Below the pieces are notes generated by a model. It searched no databases, had not been told where the DNA came from, and saw only the letters and a list, made by a program, of their open reading frames with translations. 64,000 bases of DNA, taken from Macrostomum lignano. Taxonomy: Eukaryota. The stretch is taken from the NCBI GenBank assembly GCA_002269645.1, contig NIVC01000501.1, forward strand, positions 158,037 to 222,036, read 5' to 3'. Positions 23,783 to 34,910 of the stretch are shown here, piece by piece (positions within the stretch are counted from its first letter, which is position 1; each line of letters opens with the position of its first letter). Position numbers and translations under genes: made by a program.

Positions 23783-24167
23783 CGCCACGATTAAGGTCAG
23801 GACCAATGGACCTCAACCTGCATTTGTTAGCAAATTAAATCTCAATGTTATATAAAAGAAGAACTTCAAAAGAATCGAGCAATGACTTTCTCAAATAAAA
23901 CATTCACAACAAAATAGCCGCAGTTTCGCATTGTACACTACTCATATTAGTATTAATAATAACATATTATGCCAATAGGTGTGCAAATATTCAACGTTGC
24001 ATAACTAATACTATTCTACCCTAAATAATTTTTAATAATTTATACTCTCACTAACTGAAAATATACAGTTATTTTTTAAATGTATCCTTATTTAGCAATC
24101 TAAACAGGGAGTGAATGTAGTAGTTAAATAAGAAATAATGTAACCCTCTGCTGCTATCGGGGCAAAT

Positions 24168-25566
24168 CTAGAAAGTGTTCTTCTTGCCAGTCGAGTCCAT
24201 CATGTTGATGCTGATCTCGTAGAACACGTAGGGATGATAGGCCTGCTGGGTGGGCATGAGGCCGGTCATCTCCGCGCCGCCCATTTCAACCGGGGTGCCG
24301 CCCATGTGGTCCAGGTAGCGATAGGTGCTGGCCAGGGTGTCGCGGAGCTTCTTGGCCGTCTTGCGGTTCGGCCGCATCAGCACGGGCTGAGGAAGGGATT
24401 TGGAATTTTTGGATTTGGGAATGGAATTTAAGTTTCAGGTCAGAGTGGGAATTTGAGGATTAAGACTCAAGTGGGATTTAAGGATCGAAAATCAAGTGGG
24501 ATTTGAGGATCGGGACTCAAGTGGGATTTAAGGAGCGGGACTTAAGTGGGATTTAAGAATCGGGACTCAAGTGGGATTTAAGGAGCGGGACTCAAGTGGG
24601 ATTTAAGAATCGGGACTCAAGTGGGATTTAGGGATCGGGATTTAAGTGGGATTTAAGGGTTAGGACTCAAATGGGATTTTAAGGATCGGGACTCAAATGG
24701 AATTTAAAGGTTGGGACTCAAGTGGGATTTAAGGGTCCGGGACTCAAGTGGGATTTAAGGGTCCGGGACTCAAGTGGGATTTAAGGGTCCGGGACTTAAG
24801 TGGGATTCGAGGATCGGTGGGAATCAAGTGGGATTTAAGGGTTGGGATTCACGTGGGATTTGAGGATCGGGAGTCGGGACTCAAGTGGGATTTCAAGATC
24901 GGGACTTAAGTGGGATTTAAGAATCGGGACTCAAGTGGGATTTAAGGAGCGGGACTCAAGTGGGATTTAAGAATCGGGAGTCAAGTGGGATTTAGGGATC
25001 GGGATTTAAGTGGGATTTAAGGGTTAGGACTCAAATGGGATTTTAAGGATCGGGACTCAAATAGAATTTAAAGGTTGGGACTCAAGTGGGATTTAAGGGT
25101 CCGGGACTCAAGTGGGATTCAAGGGTTGGGATTCACGTGGGATTTGAGGATCGGGACTCAATTGGGATTTCAGGATCGGGATTAAAGTGAGATTTGAGCT
25201 CCTGAGCATCAATCTCACCTGGAAATTAACCGGCAGGCCATATCGCAGCACGGACTCAACAAAAACTCGCAAAGCTTTGATGTGAACCCAGGCAATGAAC
25301 GACTCGGAGAAGTTGACGCTTAGCCAGCGAACCAGCGGCGCGTACTGGCGCTGCTTGTCGTCAGCCAGTCGGGCTCGCTCGTTTTTCGAATCCTGCAAGC
25401 TCTTCTCGTCGTAGACAAAATCGCGAACCATAAATTTGTTCTCTCGGCACTTGTGCTTGAAGTCATCTTGGCAACGGCGGAACAGGGTCACCGTCACCAG
25501 CATGTGGTCTGAGTCCTGCGGGTAGGGCGGGTGTGATTACTTAGTTTAGTTAGTTAGTTAGTTAGC

Positions 25567-25597
<31 letters not shown>

Positions 25598-26336
25598 ATA
25601 GTCAGTTAGTTAGTTAGTTAGTTACTTAGTTAGTTACTTGGTTACTTAGTTACTTAGTTAGTTAGTTAGCTAGTCAGTTAGCTTATTTAGCTACCTGAGT
25701 AACCAGCTGAGAGCTCCTCGGCACAACAAAGTCGGCCAGCCGCTCGTACTTCAGCCACCAATCGTTGGCGGAGGCCTGCGGCACCACAACCAACAAGGTG
25801 ATCAAGTAGTCGCTATCCAGCACAAAATGCTCGCGCTTAACCAAAGCTCCCAGATTCTTAGTCATCAAACTGCCTGTCTCTTTGCGATCCAATTGGCTCA
25901 AATTGTTCTTCAAGTCCAAATAGTTTTTCGCACGAGTCTTCAAATCTGCTTCGATTTTAGCCACCTGCCCAACAATGATCTCTGTTAGGCTGGGCAGCGG
26001 CTGCTTCGGCGGGTACTTGCCAGTCTCCCAGGTGAACCTGGTCAGGTAGGACTCGAGATCTAGTCCATTAACCTTCAAGCTCTCCTGCAGCTTAGTTTGA
26101 CCACCTTCGAGAACATCGCTTAGAACACTGACAACCCGTCTAGTTGTGGCCTCGCAGAATGTGTCGTGTTTAGCCAGTTCATCCGACAGGCCAACCAGCA
26201 CGTCCAAGGTGCCAACCTTCAGTTCTGGCGTGTTGAACTTCCAGTTCACCGACAATGTACTAGTGATGGCATTCAGCTTATCAAATGCTTGCTGGGGAGT
26301 TTTCTCGCCAGGCAGGGAGATTAGCCAGTAGTCCAT
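24168..26336 (-). CDS. ATP6V1C1: V-type proton ATPase subunit C, 385 aa, 3 exons
   Basis: Exons 26336-25695, 25515-25219, 24386-24168 (phase 0, 1158 nt). [92 protein letters not shown]. Confidence 0.97.
24440..25190. repeat. Degenerate ~24-28-bp minisatellite in V-ATPase C intron 2 (GGGACTCAAGTGGGATTTAAGG...)
   Basis: Direct tandem units filling most of the intron. Confidence 0.9.
25540..25682. repeat. (TTAG)n/(CTAA)n microsatellite in V-ATPase C intron 1
   Basis: Tetramer run filling most of the 179-bp intron. Confidence 0.9.
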
Positions 26337-27604
26337 GACAACTAGAGTTAAATATTGATGCTGATTTTTCTTTATGTGTATACTTACTTTTTCAGAAGAT
26401 ATTCTGTAAGCTTAAGTGGAGATAAGGCTTTAGAAGTTAAAAGATAAAATACATAACCAAAAGATGAATTGAATTAAATCATTACCTACCTATTTATAAG
26501 GAATTTAGTTCTTCTAATAATCAATAAGCTTCCAAAATTTTATAGCATTTAAAAATTATACTTGATTTGAATTAATTGTGATTTATAGGTTTTATGAATA
26601 ATGATGAATTATGTAAAAATGTATTGAAACTTTTAATGTGGGCAATATTTAATATTGCATAGCTTTGATTTTGTAAAATATTGAATTATGCTAACTTTTG
26701 TTATATGAAGCATATGAAAATTATAAGCTCTGCTAAGCCAAACTAAGTTCTTTTCTTAAGAAAAAACACTTTCACTATCTTACTCAAAAGTAAGATAGCA
26801 AAAACTTATAGCTCTTTTTCTTTTTTATATAAAGCATGCCACATTATGCTAACTTTTAATTTTTTTGCTAGATTAGACATTATTTGTAAAATATTTATTT
26901 GAAACTATAAGACCTTTTGTAACCATTCAACAGAAAATTGATATTTTTCTTTTACAAAGTATATTAAATAAGTCAGAGTCTATTGAAGATTTAAAAAATA
27001 ATATTGGATAAAATTAAAAATACAAAGCTATTTATTTCTGATTATTCTTAAAAATAGGATAGGCCTAGCACTTTATTAGATATCTTACTTTATTTAAAAA
27101 AATATATATTTTATTAAATTGTCTAGAATTTCATTTTAGAAAATAGTTATAGTTATGGAAAATAAAAATATAAATACTTACCAAAAGATATCTAAAGTAT
27201 AAATAATTTGTTTTGTATTTATCTTTCTTAAATTTTTATCATTAGATTTTTTTGAAAAAAAGCTAATATATAATACCTAGCTAGTCCTAGTTTCCTGCAT
27301 TAATTTTTTTGACCCAATTTTCATTATCTTCAGAATACTCATAAATCATGGCTGGACAACCTTGAATGCCTATAAATATTGTACTTCCTACCAATTTGTG
27401 GCCATCAACCAACCTCTGTGACCTTGAGATTAGTCACTGCGATCTGGTGCTATTAACAATTGATGCTGAGTTGACTGTGCGTTGGCTGGCAACCTATCAT
27501 CTAATAGCCTTTTGACTCCCACCTCAGCAAGTTTCTCTGACGCCAACTCTACCCAAAAAGAGCTTTGGCAACTTTCTATATTGGCTGACACATTACTATA
27601 CTAT

Positions 27605-28440
27605 ACAAGAACAACAATAACAAAATACGCGACCTCGCATGCACAGTCACAGTTAAAGCAGTGCATGTCAGATAGCACGCCGCAGAGCCTGGGAGCAAAT
27701 AAAGTCTGCTCTGTTGGCAGTGTTGGGCGCCCCAGCATTGCACAGCAGGCAGTCTACATATTGGCGGGTTTGGGCCTGACCCCGCTAAGTGAGTAGCAGG
27801 ATGTCCTGAACAGGTTGGGGGCAGTAGCCCTCGGCCCAGATCATGTGACCTGCCAGTTGAAGTTGCCACTGGTGCAGGATGATAGACGGACGCTGCAGCT
27901 TGGCCCAATCATACAGGGCCTTGGTCCCGACACTCTTGTCAGCTCAAAAGGCCACATGCCACATAGAGCAGCCCTGAGTGCGCCGAGTCCAGCTGCTACT
28001 CTAGCATAGCTGTCAGTGTCCACGTCTCAGTGTTATAGAGCAAGATGGATTTGACTACTGCCTGCCACAGCCAAGCCCTCTGGCAGTTGGGCAGCACTTC
28101 AGACTGGAGGATGGATTGGATCAAACAAATGGCTGCCCAGGCAAGTCCTCTGCGCCGCCAAAGATCTTCTTCCACATGGGCACTAGACTGCCAAGGTAGG
28201 TGAACCACTGGCAGCGTGCAAGCCTGGTTGTTTGCCTATCTGCACCGCAACACGTCAGGTCCACTGGGATGTCGGCCAGCACAATCAGCACCTCGGTCTT
28301 CAGCATTTTGATGATCAGACTGATGCTCAATGCCACCTCAACCAGCCCATCAATCTGGCGCTGGGCACCTTCAATGGATGAGGACAGGAGGGCAACGTCA
28401 TTGGTGTAGCCAAGCATGCTTAGATGCTATTTGCCGTGGT
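27605..28440 (-). mobile_element. Decayed non-LTR retrotransposon (LINE, RTE/CR1-like) 3' fragment, left part
   Basis: Minus-strand remnants LGYTNDVALLS (degenerate YADD box), FTYLGS, SILLYNTETWTLT, SQALRRAI*, then a TTG/TTA-rich tail. Contains stops and frameshifts. Confidence 0.8.
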
Positions 28441-29711
28441 CCAGGATGGAATTCTTGCACGAAAGTTGTTACGCGTTTGTGCGCGCTTGTCAAATTCGTG
28501 CGCGCTTGCGCGCTTGAAAGGGGCCTACGTGCGCGCTCTCATGAAAGGTATGTGCGCACTTGTGCGCGCGTGCGCGCTTGCGCGCGCGTGCGCGCTTGTG
28601 ACCCCTTGCGTGCATAAGTGCGCACATTTTTAAAAAAAATTGCAGAGATGTCCCTTCGACGAGTGAGAAAAAAACATCATTCATGTAAGTACAGTACATG
28701 TAATACCACATACAAATATACATGTAATGCATATTAATTTATAATTGTACGTATATGATCCGTCAAAATCCGACCCATTTTCGCCCCAATGTTATGTTTT
28801 TGCTTTTGAGGAAATTGAAACGTTTGATGCACCATTCGTAAGAACAAGTTTTTAATATTTTAAATACGGATTTGATTCTATGTTCGTTCAATATACCGTA
28901 AATTCCCAGCTTTATTAATTGGCCGTGTTGTCTGAACTCTTTCCTACATTTTCTCAGAGATTTTAAGAAAAAGTCACTACAGTCTTTAACAAATGCGAAA
29001 AGATGAATTTACTTTCTCATTTTTTTAATCTTTGCACAATTAACTGTTTTGAAATTTCACGTTAAACCATTTGCTTAACTTTTTTTCTAAGAAATACTAA
29101 TATTTTACGCGTACAATTTCTTTAGATTTGAAGTGACTATGCGAATGGCATTGCCAGCCATCGGTGATGGCAATTGGCAAACAATCAATATAGCGAGTTT
29201 AGTTTTCGAGTTTTATTGAAGGGCAACTGCAGTGCCTAAAATAAAAAGAATCGAACAATTTACACTTATAATTTGGACTAATTGGACTCAGACATTTTGT
29301 TTTTGTATAGGATTTCATAACTAAACTAGCCTACAGCCCTACTACACATAGGGCCATTAAGAATTAAGATTAAGATATTGGCTATTAAAAAGCTTTCAGT
29401 GTCAAGCATAAGCCATGAGGCAGGTCAAAGGTTTATACATTATGATTTGGAATTTATCATTTGATTTATACTTTTTATTTTTGTAATTTTTTTCAATACT
29501 ACACTGCAAGTCTGCAATACTATTTTAAAACTAAAAGCTATAGTGTTTATAAATAACTTATATATAGTTCCACTGTTTGTTTCAATAATACTAAAATAGT
29601 AATATTTATTAATACTAATAATAAGAAATAAAATCTTTTATTTTCAGATTATTTTTTAACTGATCTGCATCTTAGCATCTACAACATTCAATAAGACAAC
29701 ATCATATCATA

Positions 29712-32700
29712 ATGGCTTTCCTTGCTGTTGTGCCAGGGATTTGGACAATTGCCATTATTTCATATCTTATGATAACTGCCAAAGACACAATTGATATTGA
29801 AAATGAAATCCAGGCCCCACCAGAACCTAGTCCTACTGGCACTCCTTTGCTTTTGCAAAGAGCAACTGTTTCTGTTTTTACTGCTAGTCCAATTGACAAT
29901 AGCAGTGGTGCTGGATCCATTCCTAGGCCAGATTCACCTATCACTATTACTACTACCCCTTCTGTAAATCGAGAGGATGGACAAGCTTTTTCCTTTGGTT
30001 AGTTAAGATTATTTAACATTGAATATATAGTTTAAATAGGATGGTATATTTCAAACTTTTCAATTAAAGTAACTGCTATTCAAATTTCTTTTTTTAGAAT
30101 TATGGGGCCAAGATAAAGGTGCTGGTTCTAGTATGTCTTCAGGCCAGTCACAGCCACTAGGCCTTGCCTTTCAGGATAGAGGTCCTAACATTTTTATATG
30201 TAAGGAATGTTATCTACAAGGAAAGGTAAATTTGGTTCACTATTTCTAAATATTATTTATATATATTGTTTTCAATAGTTTGATTATTATAGTTGAAATA
30301 TTTTAGTTGAAGTACACTGTCTCTCAAAAGAGAGACAAGGATCGGCACACTGCGAGTAAATTCCACACTGCCAAAACTTGCAATTTGGTTAGGAATTCTT
30401 CCCAGGAGGCCATCTTGCTTGTTAGAGGTATGGCTTAAGTTTTTTTAGAAGTATAACTTCATCTGTTTTTTTGATCATTTCTATTTACTACTTCATAACT
30501 ATTTCACTTTCAGAACATGAAGCTGCTAAAACACATAGGACTTCAAAGAGATCTCATCCTGTTGCTGCACCAGATGAAAGAGAGACCATTTCATGTAATT
30601 TAAAGTGTTTCTTATGGCTTTTTACACATTTTACAATATGCTTTTAGAATGAGCAACACATTAATATAAAAGAAAAAATGAATTTTTAGCTTCTAGCGAT
30701 ACTGAGGCACCTCAGGCAAAGAAGACTCATTCTGAGGCTGATCGCGAAGAAAGTACTACTCTACCACCAACAAACTCTGGTGTAATAAACCCATCCTGTG
30801 CTGGTGACTGTGCCAATGCATTTTCCGATCTTGTTAAAAAACTGCCTAGTATGATAGGAGATATAGTTGAAAGAAAACTCGCCTTTGCCTTTGAGACATT
30901 AGGTAAGCCATCTGAGAATTCCAATCGAAGTCACAGCGCAAGTGTAACTAACAGCGAGTTTGTATTGGACTTGGAGAAGTGGATGACGCTAAACTCTATT
31001 GTAGACATAGCGCGGGAAGTCCCAGACATAGAATTATTTTTGAATGAAGAAGATGGACACTCTGTAGTAAGGTGTAAAACATGCTGGGAAGCTTTAGATA
31101 CTCGAAAGCTGAGTAAAATGTCTGTTTTTCAAGTGTCTCGTCACTATAGTGATAATTGCACATTGGGCACAGGTGTTTACATGAATCCCAGCGAAACTGA
31201 GTTGATTATAAAAGGGACTTCTAATAAAAAAGATACACAGTTTTGGCGAAATTTCAAGAGCAAACTGCGAGGGCATCTTTTAGGGTCATCAAATAATTCA
31301 CAGGGACGGCAGCATGCGCTCTCTGTAAAAAAACAAAAGGATCAAGCAGAAGAAGACAAACTATCTCACGAAATTGCTAAACGCTTAGTCCGCTCAGCAA
31401 TCCAAACTATTAGATCCAAGGCTGGTGCTGTACACTATGAAAATCAAGTAACTTTTCTAGAACTCAATGGCTGTCAAATTGGAAATCGGGGGCACGGAAG
31501 AAAACAGCTTTCAATTATTATTAATGCAGCTAACGAATGGATCAATGATGAAAACCGGAAGCTTCTTTTGACGCCATTGGAGTCTACAGGTCTCCCTCCA
31601 CATTTCATGGGAATTGTTGATAAAGCGACACAGACCCGCGAGACAAACCAGGCTATCTTGCTTGCAACTATAAGCCGAGGGGAAAGAGTCGCATTCCCAG
31701 TTGGTGCCCCATGTGTTTATTTTGTACAAAATGAAGACGTCTGCGAGGAGAACTCCAGTGCTTCAGTAAATAGTGATGTTTCTGATTCTGGTGAATCGAA
31801 TGAATCAGATTCTGACACAAGCACGAGTTAGGACTTAGATCGCGTAGTAGTTACTAGGGGGAGTCTGGCTGAGCTAGCGCAGCTTATCTTTCGCACGATT
31901 CAAGATGAATTAAAACTGGGGGAAAAGGACCTCTTGCGGTATTGTGGTACAGCAGCTGATGGCCAGTATCAACCGGCAATGTTTGCAAATGAAGTAACCC
32001 GCTTGTCAGGGCGTAGCAATATCGCGGACAGTTCTACATTTCAACCTGTAATATGGGATGTATCGCACTTACTTAATTTAGCGGTGTTAGATGTTCGCGA
32101 GTCAAAGTACGGTAAACCTGCGGCAGATTGCTTAACATTGTTTATTGAAAGGGCCAACGAGTTTAACCATTTAATGGGAAGGGGCAAAAACCATACTTTA
32201 ATGTCAAAAGTGGCGTCCAAAATGAAGGAAAAAGTGTCTGTACCAATACCATATGCAACACAGCGATTTACAAGCTCATCTGTTAAGCAGTGGGTCAAAA
32301 TTGAAAGAGCTTACAGTCTGTATGCAGCAACTTTTCGTCGCATTCACGATGAAGATGAAGACTTTCCCCTCCAATATAGGGTTTTGGGAGCAGACTTTGC
32401 TACCGATCTGTGTCTGCTACTAGATGTGTTTCAACCACTAGTTGAAATGATGGAGCTGGCCCAGGGATTGCAATTCAATCACTGGAAAATTGTTTCATGG
32501 GGAATCGCCTTCTACAAATGATGGATAGAAAGTGTCGTCCATTATATGACAAGCACCGAGCTGACATTGAAGGTATGAGCTTTAAGAAGGTGCGGCTTCT
32601 AGAGGGCTGGCATGTAATTGGCGAAGAATATGTCGGGCAAGAAGCAGAAAGTAGTCGAGGAAGACGTCGGAGGTGTAATAAGAAGAAAGTATACCTTTGG

Positions 32701-33648
32701 GAGGAGAGAACAACTAATGATGCAGTCAGAGAGGTCGAAGTCGTTTCCAGCTCTCTCCGTCAAAGTGTGGCTAATCGATTAAATAAGGGAACCTCAGCAT
32801 GCTCAAATATCTTAGCCAAGTTTATGGACTTTGAGCAGCTACTATACCTTTTATGTGGTTCCCGTGAAACTGCTTCCAATGGTACAGCCAAGCCTATTCG
32901 GCAGTGCATAAACTTTTCTGGCTTCATGGAGGCTGGTGAGCCAGAGTTTTGTTCGTTTTTTAATTATGTGGTTTCACTCCCATATATTTCTGAGGTGGCT
33001 GAATCAGACGAATTATTTTCAGAACTGATACTTGGAAACCATAGCTACGTACATGTAAAGTACAAGAATGTTATTGAATCCCTCTTTTGGGGTCACCTTG
33101 CTCCGTATGGGATACAGTGCCTTGTATGTTCCAAGTCAAAAAAGCCAATTAAGGGCCAAATCATTAATTCCATAAAAATTGAAGAGAATTCGCGCCTCCA
33201 GCAGGTTTTTAAAGTTGAAACTGATGTACGCTGTTATGACAACTGTATTCTGGATGAGGCAGCACTTATAAAACAATTATACACAGTTCAACCAGTCTTT
33301 GAAGAAGCTGGTCGAGCTGTGTGCATTCTTCTTGACGTTGCACTGAACACAGGTGGTGGGGAGGCAATTGCTGAAAGTTTCTACGGCGTAATGCGTAGCC
33401 AACGCATTATGGGAAGGCAAAAAAATAAAGCCTTGCAGTTGCGAACGAAGATCGATTGGTGCCTCCCGCCCATCAGCTCTCTAATCGAACGTTCAGTCAA
33501 CGAAATCGCCTCTAAGTATTTAAAGATTGCGGCATGTCCACTTGCATCCGATCCCCGTACCATCCGCGGATATTTAAATAGTGGGTTTAGAAGCGCAGTT
33601 CAGCGCCGAAAAAATTGTGTTAAACCACGGTTGGGCCACCTCGTGTAA
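29712..33648 (+). pseudogene. Spliced hAT-like transposase gene (~1,190 aa) with one nonsense codon and one frameshift
   Basis: Phase-consistent exons 29712(or 29676)-29997, 30098-30225, 30307-30427, 30514-30594, 30690-33648. C2H2 finger CKEC...H..SKFH, TTF-like RCKTC...WRNFK..L.GH...H, putative DDE motifs GIVDKAT / AADGQ / AIAESFY, DxxH motif WDVSHLLNL. TAG at 31829-31831 (frame continues); -1 shift at ~32498. Confidence 0.82.
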
Positions 33649-34021
33649 TGCCGACTGTAACGTCTGACTAGCATTTATACGCAAGTTGAAATGAACCACA
33701 ATGCATGTACAATGACTTGTTAAGATGTTTGACTCAATAAATCATTCGCTATATAATGCGTAAACAATTCAGAACTCTCCAGGCAATAACCACAAATGGA
33801 CAAGCACACCAGCACGCTTAGTGCAACAAAACTTATATTTGTCTTGAATTTTAGAATGAGGGGACGCTAATAATATGCCTAGCGTACATGAAGTGCGGGG
33901 CAGATAGAAAAACAAGAGTGGGGGGTTTGTACTTGTACCTAGGCATGCAGGCCACAGAGAAAAGGACAGAAATGAAGATGGGACGACGCAGCACAGAGAG
34001 GGTTGAATGTACATCTAGCTA

Positions 34022-34269
34022 CAGGGGCGGATTTGGGGGGCGTCCCTAAAATAAGTACTTTTGACGGAACATAGTGCACCCCCAGAAAAAGCCAAAGTTT
34101 GCGCCCCCCCCCCCTAAACTTGATTTTTTCGCCCCGAAACACCATTTTTTGCGCCCTAAGCTAATATCTTATCGCCCCCTACATGCATTTTTAAGCCCCT
34201 AAATTGGCACCCTTATACTCGTGTTGGCGCCCAAACTTAGACCGCCCCCAAAAAATTGATCTGCCACTG
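34022..34269. mobile_element. 248-bp hAT-type MITE nested in the right arm of the large transposon
   Basis: Imperfect TIRs CAGGGGCGGAT / CAGTGGCAGAT. Flanks TCTAGCTA (34014-34021) vs TATAGCTA (34270-34277), a 7/8 TSD. Confidence 0.7.
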
Positions 34270-34804
34270 TATAGCTACATGTAACTTGCAGGAAGGGCAA
34301 AGAAAAATCATTATTTTAATTAAACATGTACATGAAACGCAACATTTCGATTTGAATTTTGCGACAATATACATCAACCCAACTATACTAAATCCAACTA
34401 TACTAAACGTCTAATATTATACTAAAAACATAACTGTACTAAAATTGTCATTTTTGCAGGTGTTTCTCTTTTTTTAATTAATTAAAAGTTATTATTAAAA
34501 CAAAAATATACACAGTTGCATACATGTACTCAAAAATATACAAAGCAATATTTTTTATGAATGTAAAACGTGTCATTATCTTTTTTGTTGCCTTACTCGT
34601 AATTGCATAATCGAAAAGCAAAAATAGTAGCAAATGTACACAAAATACTTCGATTGTTAAAATTTGATAAAATTTGTATACAACATGGTTATGTGCGCTC
34701 AAGTTCTCTTATTTTTAGCTGGCGACCCTGGCGTGCGCACTTGCGCGCTGCTCCAAAAACGTGCGCGCGCGTTTTCCTTCCTCTGAGCAAGAATTCCATC
34801 CTGG

Positions 34805-34910
34805 GCCGTGGTGGCAACCGATACATCTGCATAGCAGGCAGCCATTATTAGCCAAAAGGAATAAGGTCCAAAGTACCCAGTCTAGCAGCACTATGTAATA
34901 CTCCTTTAAG
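34805..34910 (-). mobile_element. Right-hand remainder of the same LINE RT fragment split by the transposon
   Basis: After removing the transposon and one TSD, the minus frame reads IVLLDWVLWTL...HHGK*HLSMLGYTND, i.e. the RT segment directly N-terminal to the YADD box. Confidence 0.7.

Larger units (their letters stand above)
28441..34804 (+). mobile_element. 6,364-bp hAT-like DNA transposon
   Basis: Perfect 18-bp TIRs CCAGGATGGAATTCTTGC (28441-28458 / 34787-34804). Perfect 8-bp TSD GCCGTGGT (28433-28440, 34805-34812). GCGCGC-rich subterminal repeats at both ends. Internal transposase-like gene. Confidence 0.93.

Noticed and set aside
19896-23855. Dozens of overlapping His/Pro/Cys- or Gly/Trp-rich ORFs
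   Set aside because: All are frame-cycling translations of the GTGTACA minisatellites, with no domain or splice support.
27380-27460. Weak tRNA/SINE-like fragment on the minus strand
   Set aside because: No convincing A/B boxes; too degenerate to call.
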